Shown here in pieces: positions 26,225-34,614 of a stretch of DNA of 39,981 nucleotides. The notes beneath the pieces are model-generated. The model had not been told where the DNA came from and did no database searches. It saw nothing but the letters and a program-made list of their open reading frames with translations. Where the stretch lies: positions 1-39,981 of IMG/VR virus record IMGVR_UViG_3300045988_134362, one strand, 5' to 3'. The first letter of the stretch is position 1. Every line of letters starts with the position of its first letter. The position numbers and the translations under genes were made by a program. Source of the stretch: a virus.

Positions 26225-26289
26225 TTTTTATTATAACTTTTGTTTATAACTAACCTACTTGATATAAATTTCTTTTATAACTAAAACCC

Positions 26290-26318
26290 TTGACTTGTTG
26301 TATCTTTTAAGCTACAAT
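26290..26318 (+). promoter_or_regulatory. consensus sigma-A promoter TTGACT-17-TACAAT driving the plus-strand cassette
   Basis: Read directly. Followed by a leader of about 50 nt and AAAGGAG 9 nt before ATG 26376. Divergent from the late promoter about 65 bp away. Confidence 0.55.
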
Positions 26319-26375
26319 ATATACATAAGGTTAAGGGAGCAATAAACTCTCGGTTGTAAAAAAAGGAGTAAAAAA

Positions 26376-26642
26376 ATGAGAAAGAACTACTATTTAATTT
26401 CAGAACAAAGCAACAATACCAATCTTTTGTGTAAAGTGGTGCACGGGAGAAAAGAAGCTATCAAAGATGCACAAATGCATTTTGACCACTTTACAAATCA
26501 AAACAACAAGCAATTAGATATTATTAAATTAAACGTTAACAAAGACGCAGAAGATATTTCAGAAGAAATAGAAAGAGCCATTGAAGAGACTTTTGACTAT
26601 GGCTATACCCCAATATATACGATAGGTGAGTTTAACGGATAA
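26376..26642 (+). CDS. cassette gene 1, hypothetical 88-aa protein
   Basis: ORF with AAAGGAG RBS. Noticeably more AT-rich than the structural genes. Confidence 0.5.
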   Translation: MRKNYYLISEQSNNTNLLCKVVHGRKEAIKDAQMHFDHFTNQNNKQLDIIKLNVNKDAEDISEEIERAIEETFDYGYTPIYTIGEFNG

Positions 26643-26694
26643 TCCATAAAAAAGATTTGATAATTTAATTAATTAAAAAAAGGAGATTAAAAAA

Positions 26695-27207
26695 ATGAAA
26701 AACTTAGAAATGCAAAGAGAAAAAATTGAGGAATTAATGAATAAGCACTGGGAATATTATTTTAACCAGATGTGCAAAGAGTTATATAATATGGGAATTT
26801 CAGTTTCCGAACAACTTTCGGAAATAAATCCAATTTGTGAAATTTATAACAATTGCTTTGAGATTTGTTTGCCAAAGTCAGAACAGTGGAATAAAGAAAA
26901 GTACTTTGTATTTGTTGATGGAGTCGATTTTGAAAAGTTTTGCGAAGAACAATACTTTAAAATCCCCAAAAATTTAGCGTTAAATGTTAAGTATTCTGAA
27001 GATATTAAAGGTAAAGACTTTAAATATCTCGAACCTCAAACAAACATTAAAAAGATTTGCTCTAACGACCACCATTGTCACGAATTATTAGAAACACTCA
27101 TAGAAAAGCGTATTTATGAAATAATTGACGATCTAGTTGCTAACGCAATTTATCAAACAAACGAAGCTGTTAAATATGATTTTGACGGATCAGGAGAGTG
27201 GAATTAA
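26695..27207 (+). CDS. cassette gene 2, hypothetical 170-aa Cys/His-containing protein (..NPICEIYNNCFEIC.., ..ICSNDHHCH..)
   Basis: AAAGGAG RBS 7 nt upstream of the ATG. Possible metal-binding Cys/His clusters. Confidence 0.5.
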   Translation: MKNLEMQREKIEELMNKHWEYYFNQMCKELYNMGISVSEQLSEINPICEIYNNCFEICLPKSEQWNKEKYFVFVDGVDFEKFCEEQYFKIPKNLALNVKYSEDIKGKDFKYLEPQTNIKKICSNDHHCHELLETLIEKRIYEIIDDLVANAIYQTNEAVKYDFDGSGEWN

Positions 27208-27416
27208 TGGATAACCCACTAAAAAAAATAATGACCACAAAAGAGGCGGCGGATGTATACGCCGTCTCCCACTCCACTATTAAACAATGGTGTAACGGAG
27301 TTACTAAACAGGGGGTGTATTATCCCCCTAAGTTTAGTAAAAACGAATGTCGCAAAAGTGCTAGTACGTGGTTAATTACAGTTAATGCTTTAGATAAAAT
27401 ATTTAAAAAGAAATAA
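27198..27416 (+). CDS. cassette gene 3, excisionase/AlpA-family HTH DNA-binding protein (72 aa)
   Basis: TTKEAADVYAVSHSTIKQWC ... W.I..NALDKIF matches the HTH_17/excisionase-type fold pattern. Start overlaps gene 2 end. Confidence 0.5.
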   Translation: MELMDNPLKKIMTTKEAADVYAVSHSTIKQWCNGVTKQGVYYPPKFSKNECRKSASTWLITVNALDKIFKKK

Positions 27417-27428
27417 AGGAGTATATAT

Positions 27429-27953
27429 ATGTTTAATCCATCCGATTTGAAAGAAATCTCAAGAGAAGAAGCCAGAGACTATTGGTTTGCTGATATAGAT
27501 TGTCCAGCGAGAAAAGTTCGTCATGATTGGAATTTTAGTACTAAATTTAGACCAGACTTAAATAAAGAATTTACCCCACAAGAACTCATTGACAAACTAA
27601 AGAAAGAAAAGAGACCAATTATAAACATAGACCGAGAAGTAGAAAAAATTTATAAACATGAACTAGCACATACGTTTATTCACAAATTCGTACATCTTTT
27701 ATTAAAAGAAATATCCTTGATGTCAGAATATCAATTAGAATGGCTGGAAAACAAAGCTATAAAATATACGGGAAACAAAAAGGATCCACAAAGAAGAGAA
27801 AGAACAATTGTAGAATTTGTACAAAGAAATTACAAAGAATTTATAAAAGGAATTTCTTACGATAGCTTATTTTGGGAACCCGTATTTAGCAAAGAACTAA
27901 GTATTATAGCCGACCTTTTAGTCGAAAAACGTCTTTTTGCCCCTGCTTGGTAA
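27429..27953 (+). CDS. cassette gene 4, HExxH zinc-hydrolase-like protein (174 aa; IYKHELAHTFIHKFVH), family undetermined (SprT/YgjP/ImmA-like pattern HELxH...H)
   Basis: AAGGAG RBS. HELAH followed by further His residues. Confidence 0.45.
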   Translation: MFNPSDLKEISREEARDYWFADIDCPARKVRHDWNFSTKFRPDLNKEFTPQELIDKLKKEKRPIINIDREVEKIYKHELAHTFIHKFVHLLLKEISLMSEYQLEWLENKAIKYTGNKKDPQRRERTIVEFVQRNYKEFIKGISYDSLFWEPVFSKELSIIADLLVEKRLFAPAW

Positions 27954-28026
27954 AAGAAATAATCAACCATTGGGAAATCCCCAACAGTTCAAACAGGGCG
28001 ACATAATTAAACAAACAAAAAGAATT

Positions 28027-28058
28027 AGACCACTCAATCAAGAGTGGTCTTTTTATTA
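28027..28058. terminator. bidirectional rho-independent terminator (AGACCACTC-aatcaa-GAGTGGTCT plus T-run) between the cassette and the ArpU-like gene
   Basis: Perfect 9-bp stem read directly. T-run on the plus strand after the stem, T-rich run on the minus strand on the other side. Confidence 0.65.
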
Positions 28059-28562
28059 TCTCAAACATTTATAATACAGTTTTTCAAAATTTATACCGAG
28101 TTCATCAAGCTCCTTTAATGCTTGATTGTGATAATGATAACAACATGATACGGATATTCCTTTTTTGTTTGCTATATCCTTTATGTCCTCGCACAAAAGG
28201 TAACGGCTAAGAAGAATCGACTTACCAATATAACAGGATATCTTATTTACTAGCTTTAACCCCTCAAATAAAAAGGCGGTTGACCTCTCTAAGCTTTTTA
28301 CAATTTCTTTCCGCATCTCGTCAATCTTGGAATTAAACAGAAGCAAAGAATCTGCCACGTCCTTTTTCTCGCCACCCTTAACATGCTCACTATCATATGA
28401 TGTAGCACTAGGATACAAAAGCTCACTATATAACTCATTAATAAATTTTGTGCGTGCTTGCTTATCGTCAATGTTCGACTTTAATTTTAAAAAAGAATTG
28501 GCTTTCTTTTGCTCCTTTAGCACAGTCATTAAAAAAGATTTAGAATCCATTTTACGCATCAA
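28056..28562 (-). CDS. ArpU-family phage late-gene transcriptional regulator (168 aa)
   Basis: C-terminal sigma-70 region-4-like HTH (ILLSRYLLCEDIKDIANKKGISVSCCYHYHNQALKEL). Position is the last gene before the late operon. Confidence 0.6.
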   Translation of the reverse strand: MMRKMDSKSFLMTVLKEQKKANSFLKLKSNIDDKQARTKFINELYSELLYPSATSYDSEHVKGGEKKDVADSLLLFNSKIDEMRKEIVKSLERSTAFLFEGLKLVNKISCYIGKSILLSRYLLCEDIKDIANKKGISVSCCYHYHNQALKELDELGINFEKLYYKCLR

Positions 28563-28926
28563 TATATACCACCGTTCTATATTTCTTGTCTACACTTTGA
28601 AACCTTTCCATCACTAAATGACACCATCTAGGGCTATCATTTTTGATTATCCCCAGTGTTTGCAGGACATCAAGAATGATTTTACTCGCCCCAAACAAAA
28701 CGTTATCATCATCTCGTTTAAGGTTAGCCTCGTACACATGCACCGTAACAGTAACATGTGTATCAAAGCGTATCCCTTTTGCTTGCTGTTTAAAAACAGT
28801 TCCCACTATTTTGCTACAACTTTTCTTTAGATTAGCTCCAGCATATCTATTAGTTCTGTTTTTATCGATTATTTCATTCATTGACGGCAGCTTTTCAGCA
28901 AAAACAAGCGTTAAATCATGTTCCAT
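28552..28926 (-). CDS. rusA: RusA-family Holliday junction resolvase
   Basis: LPSMNEI ... KRDDDNVLFGASKIILDVLQTLGIIKNDS matches the RusA catalytic Asp-cluster pattern. Confidence 0.7.
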   Translation of the reverse strand: MEHDLTLVFAEKLPSMNEIIDKNRTNRYAGANLKKSCSKIVGTVFKQQAKGIRFDTHVTVTVHVYEANLKRDDDNVLFGASKIILDVLQTLGIIKNDSPRWCHLVMERFQSVDKKYRTVVYIDA

Positions 28927-28929
28927 TCT

Positions 28930-29121
28930 TCACTCCAGTACTTCACATTTAAGAGGGGAGTTATACGGCAGCCAATGGTCAATACAGCTTTCATCACACA
29001 TAAAATCGCCATATTTACCTAGTTCTCCATGTGTAAAATTATAAATCCACTGATAATAAACATCCTCACTTCCAAATTTAACAATAAATTCATCCGTGCC
29101 AACTGTAAATCTTACTCGCAT
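28930..29121 (-). CDS. hypothetical 63-aa protein
   Basis: Small ORF with coupled start and stop in the early-gene string. Confidence 0.3.
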   Translation of the reverse strand: MRVRFTVGTDEFIVKFGSEDVYYQWIYNFTHGELGKYGDFMCDESCIDHWLPYNSPLKCEVLE

Positions 29122-29483
29122 AATTCGTTTTCTCCTTTACAATACTTATCTATCACACGTTCAATTTCTTCGATTGCATAGCTTTGAGAAACTCCATATT
29201 TCTCGAATATATCCGCTCTAATCCATGTGCCCTCGTAAGCAACAAAAGAGTCAAAATACAAATCAATATATTTATATACAATTATTTTGTTTGTTTCTGC
29301 ATTACAAACAATTCTACAAATACTGTTACATTTTTTATAATCAAAGAAAAGCTTCAATTCTTTTAGATTGCTGTCACACACTATAAAATCTACATCAATT
29401 ATTTCTACGTTATTGTGTTTGTTTATAAAATTAGCAATAGCAGTAAACGTTTGTATTATATTGATTTTATATTCATTTTTCAT
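29112..29483 (-). CDS. hypothetical 123-aa protein
   Basis: ORF in the early operon. Overlaps neighbours. Confidence 0.35.
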   Translation of the reverse strand: MKNEYKINIIQTFTAIANFINKHNNVEIIDVDFIVCDSNLKELKLFFDYKKCNSICRIVCNAETNKIIVYKYIDLYFDSFVAYEGTWIRADIFEKYGVSQSYAIEEIERVIDKYCKGENELCE

Positions 29484-29688
29484 TTATTTCCCCTCTGTTA
29501 TTCCAAAATCTTACAACTTCATTTATTGTGTTTAAATTTTTTGTCCTTGCTCCGCAAATAAAACATATTGCATACATTTTTTTGTTGCCTTTTATTTCTA
29601 TCGTCCTACATCCACAAAACGGACAAGGCTTTAATTTATCTGTAAACCCTAAATTATTTGCATTAATAGTCTGTTTGTTTAATTCCAT
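29473..29688 (-). CDS. lar: Lar-family restriction alleviation protein (71 aa zinc ribbon)
   Basis: KLKPCPFCGC ... ICFICGA ... VVRFWNNRGE fits the Lar family signature (CPFCG ... C..CG ... WN.R). Confidence 0.65.
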   Translation of the reverse strand: MELNKQTINANNLGFTDKLKPCPFCGCRTIEIKGNKKMYAICFICGARTKNLNTINEVVRFWNNRGEINEK

Positions 29689-29732
29689 TTTTTACCTCCG
29701 TGCCTTTTAACGTCATTGCTTGTTTCTATCAT

Positions 29733-30182
29733 TTATTCATCCTCTGCTAATTTGCAATATTCCCAACCAATTCCTTCATGGTTATCCTTATTACTCCAAG
29801 ATGTACGTCCATCAGCAAAACATACATGCCTACGTCTAATATTTCCATTGTCATAGTGTTTAAAATATCTTTTTCTCCAATTTTCACCATCATCACTTAC
29901 AAACACCTTGGTATCTACAGGCACATTTGCCCAATCGATTATCCCTAAATACTTCCCAATATCAAATGGCGCTTCATCTTCCCATGAAACCAACGGGCTA
30001 ATTACTTTATAAAAACAAATACAACCACTGCTATAATCCCCAATCCACGCACACTCACCCTTAACGGGTTTATTTTTATACCAAAATATTTCTCCATCCT
30101 CATCCATTGTTATATATCTATTTCCAACATCATACGCTTTTTGTAGCAACCATTTTACTCCTTGTTCATCTGTTATGTTCAT
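29733..30182 (-). CDS. hypothetical 149-aa protein, translationally coupled (ATGA) downstream of the methyltransferase
   Basis: ORF. W/Y/C-rich. No recognisable motif. Confidence 0.4.
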   Translation of the reverse strand: MNITDEQGVKWLLQKAYDVGNRYITMDEDGEIFWYKNKPVKGECAWIGDYSSGCICFYKVISPLVSWEDEAPFDIGKYLGIIDWANVPVDTKVFVSDDGENWRKRYFKHYDNGNIRRRHVCFADGRTSWSNKDNHEGIGWEYCKLAEDE

Positions 30183-31018
30183 TGTTTCTTCTCCTCTGTT
30201 AAATAATCAAATAATGTTTTATCTTTGTTTTTAAAATTAAGCATCTTTTCTTTTGATTCTTTTACAAACGGTCTATATATTTCAAACCCAAACGAATGGC
30301 GGTTTAATTCCTTACTTGCTCTAAGAGTTGCACCACTTCCAGCTACAGGGTCTATAACCACATCTCCCTCATCCGTATAGATCTCAATAAGTTTTTTAAG
30401 TACGTTTACAGGTTTTTGTGTCGGGTGAATTTTAGGAATTAACCCTTTTTTATCTCGTTCCCAATTCATCCAATCAAGAATCATTCGTCCAGTTCCTTTA
30501 ATATTTCTTCCGTTTTCATCAACCTTTCTCCCGTTGTTAAATTTTGGGAGTTTATCTCTAAATAAAACTAACGCCCTTTCCGTTGCTCCCACTATCCGCA
30601 TATTAGCTTTTAACGCTTGCGGACTCGAATTCTTTATAAAAGTAAGCGGAATATATTTTTTAAACCCATATTTTCGTGCCGTTTCTATGACCATATGCAT
30701 TTGTTCAAAAGCACAAAACACAATCATACACGGAGCCGTTCCTTTTTCTTTTGGTTCTTTTTTTAATAACTTATTGCAAAAGTGAAAATATTCTACAATA
30801 TTAAAATTAAAATCACTGTTAAAAAATCCCTTATTAGCTTTCTTGCTTTCTCCATTATTTCTATCTCCGCCTTTATACCATGACGGATTACTTGCATATG
30901 CATTTCTCCCTAAGTTATACGGAATATCCGCTATTACGAGTTGTGCTTTTGGGATTCCATAACGCTTGAAATTTTGGAAATTATCATTATATAACTCACA
31001 CTTAACCTCTTGTTTCAA
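30179..31018 (-). CDS. DNA methyltransferase, beta-class N6-adenine/N4-cytosine (motif IV DIPY N-terminal, motif I VIDPVAGSGAT C-terminal); apparently orphan
   Basis: Circularly permuted motif order IV then I, typical of PF01555 enzymes. No adjacent restriction endonuclease candidate. Confidence 0.8.
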   Translation of the reverse strand: MKQEVKCELYNDNFQNFKRYGIPKAQLVIADIPYNLGRNAYASNPSWYKGGDRNNGESKKANKGFFNSDFNFNIVEYFHFCNKLLKKEPKEKGTAPCMIVFCAFEQMHMVIETARKYGFKKYIPLTFIKNSSPQALKANMRIVGATERALVLFRDKLPKFNNGRKVDENGRNIKGTGRMILDWMNWERDKKGLIPKIHPTQKPVNVLKKLIEIYTDEGDVVIDPVAGSGATLRASKELNRHSFGFEIYRPFVKESKEKMLNFKNKDKTLFDYLTEEKKQ

Positions 31019-31102
31019 AATTACACCCTCTTATATTGTATTATTTATTCATATCTACGTATAATTATTCAATTTATATTACTACCTCAAAAAGACATTT
31101 TA

Positions 31103-31483
31103 TTAAAACGGAATTGGCTCATTTCCCACCTTACCAAACTGCTCAAAATTCCCTTTTGTGTTAGCAAACAACGGTTTATACACACGTTCAACGACTATCG
31201 GATGTTGATATACCTTTGTCCCGTCCTGCTTTTGATAACTATTTGTGGTGTAGTGTCCAGTTACATATACTCGCTCGCCTTTTTTAAAGTTGTTCCCTAT
31301 AATTTCCGCTTGTTGTTCCCACGCTATGCAATCAACAAAATCTGCTCCACCGTCCGCACCGTCTTTTCTCTTTGGTTTTTGGCACGCAACGGTAAATCTA
31401 GCAACTATTTTACCAGTGCTTGTCGCTTTTACTTCTACATCTCTCACCAAATTACCCTCAAGTCTTATTTCGTTGTTCAACAT
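31103..31483 (-). CDS. ssb: single-stranded DNA-binding protein
   Basis: OB-fold N-terminus (NEIRLEGNLVRDVEVKATSTGKIVARFTVA). Gly/Asp-rich linker. C-terminal acidic tail ending PIPF. Confidence 0.85.
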   Translation of the reverse strand: MLNNEIRLEGNLVRDVEVKATSTGKIVARFTVACQKPKRKDGADGGADFVDCIAWEQQAEIIGNNFKKGERVYVTGHYTTNSYQKQDGTKVYQHPIVVERVYKPLFANTKGNFEQFGKVGNEPIPF

Positions 31484-31638
31484 TTCTTGTTTTCTCCTTT
31501 TCTTAAATTCGCTTTATTTTGCTGTTTTAAATCGTTTTTATTATTTTTATGATAAATACCACTCGTGATTAATTTAAATCATTCTTAGCGGTAATTTTAC
31601 TATGTAATTTTCGATTTTTAGTTTTACTTACTATCAAT

Positions 31639-32352
31639 TTACTTCACCTTTTCTTTATTTTTGAGTGCCACTCTTAAACTTTCTCCACCATCAACAATCA
31701 ATATGCTTGTCTGTTTCAACCTGTCATACACTCGTTGCATATATCGTTGTTGCATCTCTGACCGCTTTAGGTTTGTAGTGATTATCACTGGTAGCATGGC
31801 ATTATATCGATGTGTGATTATTGCATCTACTTTGTTTAACACCCAGTCATTGGGATATTCCGCCCCCATGTCATCTAGGATTAATAGGCTTGTTGTTTGT
31901 ATTGCATGTTCAAACGCTCTAAATTCCGCATAATTCCCCTTACTCATTGATACAAGCTTATCCATAAGCTCGGGCATGGATATAAAATATCCGCTATATC
32001 CCTGTTTTATGATTTCTTGCAGTACTGCAACCGCCATTGTGGTTTTCATTCTTCCTACACTCCCCGAGAAAATGATTCCGCTACCTTTCCGTTTATTGCC
32101 CTTGAAGTCTAGAGCGTACTCCTTAACAACCTCATAGTGTTTTTGTATATCACTTGGAACTTTCCATCGGCCAAGATTATCAAAAGTTGCCTGTAGATAT
32201 CGCTTAGGAATGTTCGCCTGCTTAATCCTTTTTGTTGTTTTTTGTGCCTTTTCTTCCTGTTTCTCCTGCTCCCACGCTTTCAGTTCTTCCTCGCTTAGGT
32301 TTGTATTCGCCACCTTCATTTTTTCAATGATTTGATTTACGTTTTCAAGCAT
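31639..32352 (-). CDS. DnaC/IstB-like AAA+ helicase loader (start moved to ATG 32352, directly after the organizer stop)
   Basis: Walker A GSVGRMKTT, Walker B LLILDDMGAE. GGGGAGAAG RBS 7 nt before ATG 32352. The longer track ORF would overlap the upstream gene by 150 nt. Confidence 0.8.
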   Translation of the reverse strand: MLENVNQIIEKMKVANTNLSEEELKAWEQEKQEEKAQKTTKRIKQANIPKRYLQATFDNLGRWKVPSDIQKHYEVVKEYALDFKGNKRKGSGIIFSGSVGRMKTTMAVAVLQEIIKQGYSGYFISMPELMDKLVSMSKGNYAEFRAFEHAIQTTSLLILDDMGAEYPNDWVLNKVDAIITHRYNAMLPVIITTNLKRSEMQQRYMQRVYDRLKQTSILIVDGGESLRVALKNKEKVK

Positions 32353-32354
32353 TT

Positions 32355-33170
32355 TTAATCTTCTCCCCAACCGTCTTTTTCGTTGCTCCAGTCTTTCTCC
32401 CAATCGGCTCTTACCTTTGCTTGTATCGTTGATGTTTTTTCGTTCCTCGCCCAATTTCTCACTGTAGCTTTCCAGTCTTTCATTGAGTTGCGACCTACTT
32501 TCCAACCGTTACTCTCGTAATAGTCAATGAAACAGTGAGGATCTATGTTGTATCCTTTTTCGTTGATATACGCTTGTACTTCTTCAACAGTCGGCTTTAC
32601 GAATCTTTTCGTTGTCTTCTTTTGGGATACTACGCTAGTAGTATCCTTTTCTTGTGTTCTATCTCTATCTCTATACTCTGTACTCTGTACTCTAATATCT
32701 ATACTCTTTACTCTGTCGGACATTTTGTCCACCGCTTGAGGGGACATTTTGTCCCCTTTTTTGTCCCCTAATCTGTCCACCGATTTTTTTATTAATTTTC
32801 TGTATTTTCTCTTTTTGACAGCTTCTTTGGATTGGCTATAACTCCCGACAATATCGGGGATAATTGGAATTAAGAGTTCTCCATTTTCCAAGCAATATAC
32901 AAGTCCAATTTTTTTAAAAATCTCAAGTGCAACTATAACAGTATCGCTATTGATTTTTGTAAGCTCGGCTATCTTTTTTATGTCATACGGAATAAGCATG
33001 TCCCCGATTTGTCTCCTCAAATGTCCCCCACTATTTGCAGTAAGTAAACATAAACGTAAATAAAGAACGATATACTCACATCCATGCTCTTGTTCTTGTA
33101 ACCAATCTATGGTAGATTCATCAAAAAAATTGGTTTTTAGCTTTATCCAATAGTATTTATTTTCACTCAT
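32355..33170 (-). CDS. phage replisome organizer / replication initiation protein (DnaD-like N-terminal domain)
   Basis: N-terminus YYWIKLKTNFFDESTIDWL matches the phage replisome organizer N-terminal family. Partnered with the DnaC-like gene. Contains internal iterons. Confidence 0.65.
   Translation of the reverse strand: MSENKYYWIKLKTNFFDESTIDWLQEQEHGCEYIVLYLRLCLLTANSGGHLRRQIGDMLIPYDIKKIAELTKINSDTVIVALEIFKKIGLVYCLENGELLIPIIPDIVGSYSQSKEAVKKRKYRKLIKKSVDRLGDKKGDKMSPQAVDKMSDRVKSIDIRVQSTEYRDRDRTQEKDTTSVVSQKKTTKRFVKPTVEEVQAYINEKGYNIDPHCFIDYYESNGWKVGRNSMKDWKATVRNWARNEKTSTIQAKVRADWEKDWSNEKDGWGED
32660..32780. repeat. iteron-like repeat cluster inside the organizer gene: TACTCT(G) five or more times, palindrome GGACATTTTGTCC twice (32718-32730, 32742-32754), TTTTGTCC a third time (32759-32766), TGTCCACC twice
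   Basis: Read directly. Encodes the repeated ..DKMSPQAVDKMSD.. in the protein. Candidate origin of replication. Confidence 0.5.
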
Positions 33171-33513
33171 TTATACACCTCACCTTCTCGTTAATCCCGT
33201 ATCGCTTAACAATCTCGCTTACCTCTTTGTTTATTGCTTTGTGATACGCTTTTTGTTTTGAATTGTTTAAATATTCAATAAACATCTTCTGCCACTTTTT
33301 TGAGGTCTTACCATGTGCATATATAGAGTGGCAATTATTGCATAAACATACAAGATTGTTAGGTAAATCACTTCCGCAAGCACTACGGAAAATAACATGA
33401 TGATGTTGTATCCCTTGCGTGGTATGGCAAACAATGCACCGCCCATTATCCCTCTCGTCTACGAGCTTACATATCTTTTCATAACCTTTAGGTTTTAAAC
33501 GTATTCGTGTCAA
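33163..33513 (-). CDS. HNH endonuclease
   Basis: CIVCH ... HHHVIFRSACGSD ... CLCNNCH (zinc-finger Cys pairs plus HNH His/Asn). Confidence 0.8.
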   Translation of the reverse strand: MTRIRLKPKGYEKICKLVDERDNGRCIVCHTTQGIQHHHVIFRSACGSDLPNNLVCLCNNCHSIYAHGKTSKKWQKMFIEYLNNSKQKAYHKAINKEVSEIVKRYGINEKVRCINE

Positions 33514-33982
33514 TTTCTACTCCCAACTCTTCACATTCGTCCATCAAGTAATTAATAAGTCTTGCCATTTGCTCGGTTGTATAAGTACTAGACCCTGCAT
33601 AAAGTAATATATCGGTAAGTCCATTATTTTCGGATATCTTTTCAGCTATCCAGCCAACCCCTTTTATACTCCAACTCTTTATAAGTCCATCGGCTTGCAC
33701 GCTTGCAACGGTTGTCGCAAAACAAGCTCCTACTGTTCTTACTGCCTGTCTATATACGTCTTCTTTTGTGCTGTCTATCTTTTTTGCTATCCTCTCGCAT
33801 AGTTCCCACATTAAAGCATTAGAGTTGAGCGACCGTTTCTTTTTATATTCCTTAATTTCAACGGTTAATTCTTTGTCTAAGGGCGGTAGATAGGCAAGAC
33901 TATTCTTACCTATCTCCACCTCTAAGATTGCTGTATTAAGGGAGTTAAAGCGTATTTGTAGGTTTTTAATTTTTGTTTTCAT
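33488..33982 (-). CDS. hypothetical recombination-module protein (164 aa)
   Basis: ORF between ERF and HNH. No motif recognised. Confidence 0.35.
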   Translation of the reverse strand: MKTKIKNLQIRFNSLNTAILEVEIGKNSLAYLPPLDKELTVEIKEYKKKRSLNSNALMWELCERIAKKIDSTKEDVYRQAVRTVGACFATTVASVQADGLIKSWSIKGVGWIAEKISENNGLTDILLYAGSSTYTTEQMARLINYLMDECEELGVEIDTNTFKT

Positions 33983-34607
33983 TTTTCATCTTTTCGTAAA
34001 CGTCAATTGCACTGTCTGGTCTTGCTAAAAATTCATTGACCATGTTAACGGAAATATCAAAGAAATCTTTTTTAAATACCACGTTACAAAAATCAAATAC
34101 ATCTATATTCCTTCCTTGTAATATTCCTTTCATCTTGTGCTTGAGTTCGTTTCCGCCCTCTCCCATGCTTGCTAAATCGTCATTATCTGGTCTAGGGCTT
34201 ATAGCAAGTAAAGCACTTATCGCATCTTTACGAGCGTACGAGGTACAAGTCCCCGTTAGTTGTGCTTCGTCCATTCCTTTTTTGCTTTCTGGCTCTCTTG
34301 CGTAAGCAGTTGATGTTTTAATAACTTCTTTTGTATCAACATCAATCAACGAACATTCCGCTTTTATATACACTCTATCTGCTACAACTTCGAACCCATC
34401 ATCAAAATGTATTACAGTATTTGTTTCTTTAAGAAACGGTTTTAACTTGGTTAAAATTCCATCTAAATTTCTGTATTTATATCCCCCAAATGAGTTATCT
34501 AAATCTTTATTCCCGTCAAGATTTACTTGTATATGTAATAATTTTTCTAAACCTGTCATGGTAGTGGGCGGTGTTTCAACCGCCTGTACTGTCTTTTTTT
34601 CTGCCAT
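33966..34607 (-). CDS. erf: ERF-family single-strand annealing protein
   Basis: GYKYRNLDGILTKLKPFL matches the conserved ERF block (fKYrslddil ... kPll). Confidence 0.65.
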   Translation of the reverse strand: MAEKKTVQAVETPPTTMTGLEKLLHIQVNLDGNKDLDNSFGGYKYRNLDGILTKLKPFLKETNTVIHFDDGFEVVADRVYIKAECSLIDVDTKEVIKTSTAYAREPESKKGMDEAQLTGTCTSYARKDAISALLAISPRPDNDDLASMGEGGNELKHKMKGILQGRNIDVFDFCNVVFKKDFFDISVNMVNEFLARPDSAIDVYEKMKNENKN

Positions 34608-34614
34608 ATATACC

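Noticed and set aside
27429-27953. Calling cassette gene 4 an ImmA/IrrE peptidase outright
   Set aside because: It has HELAH...H but lacks the downstream ExxxFAxxLL block seen in the genuine ImmA at 38050..38502, so it is kept as HExxH hydrolase-like, family undetermined.
31010-31568. 180-aa and 92-aa plus-strand ORFs overlapping SSB
   Set aside because: F/L/I-rich low-complexity translation antisense to a clear ssb gene.
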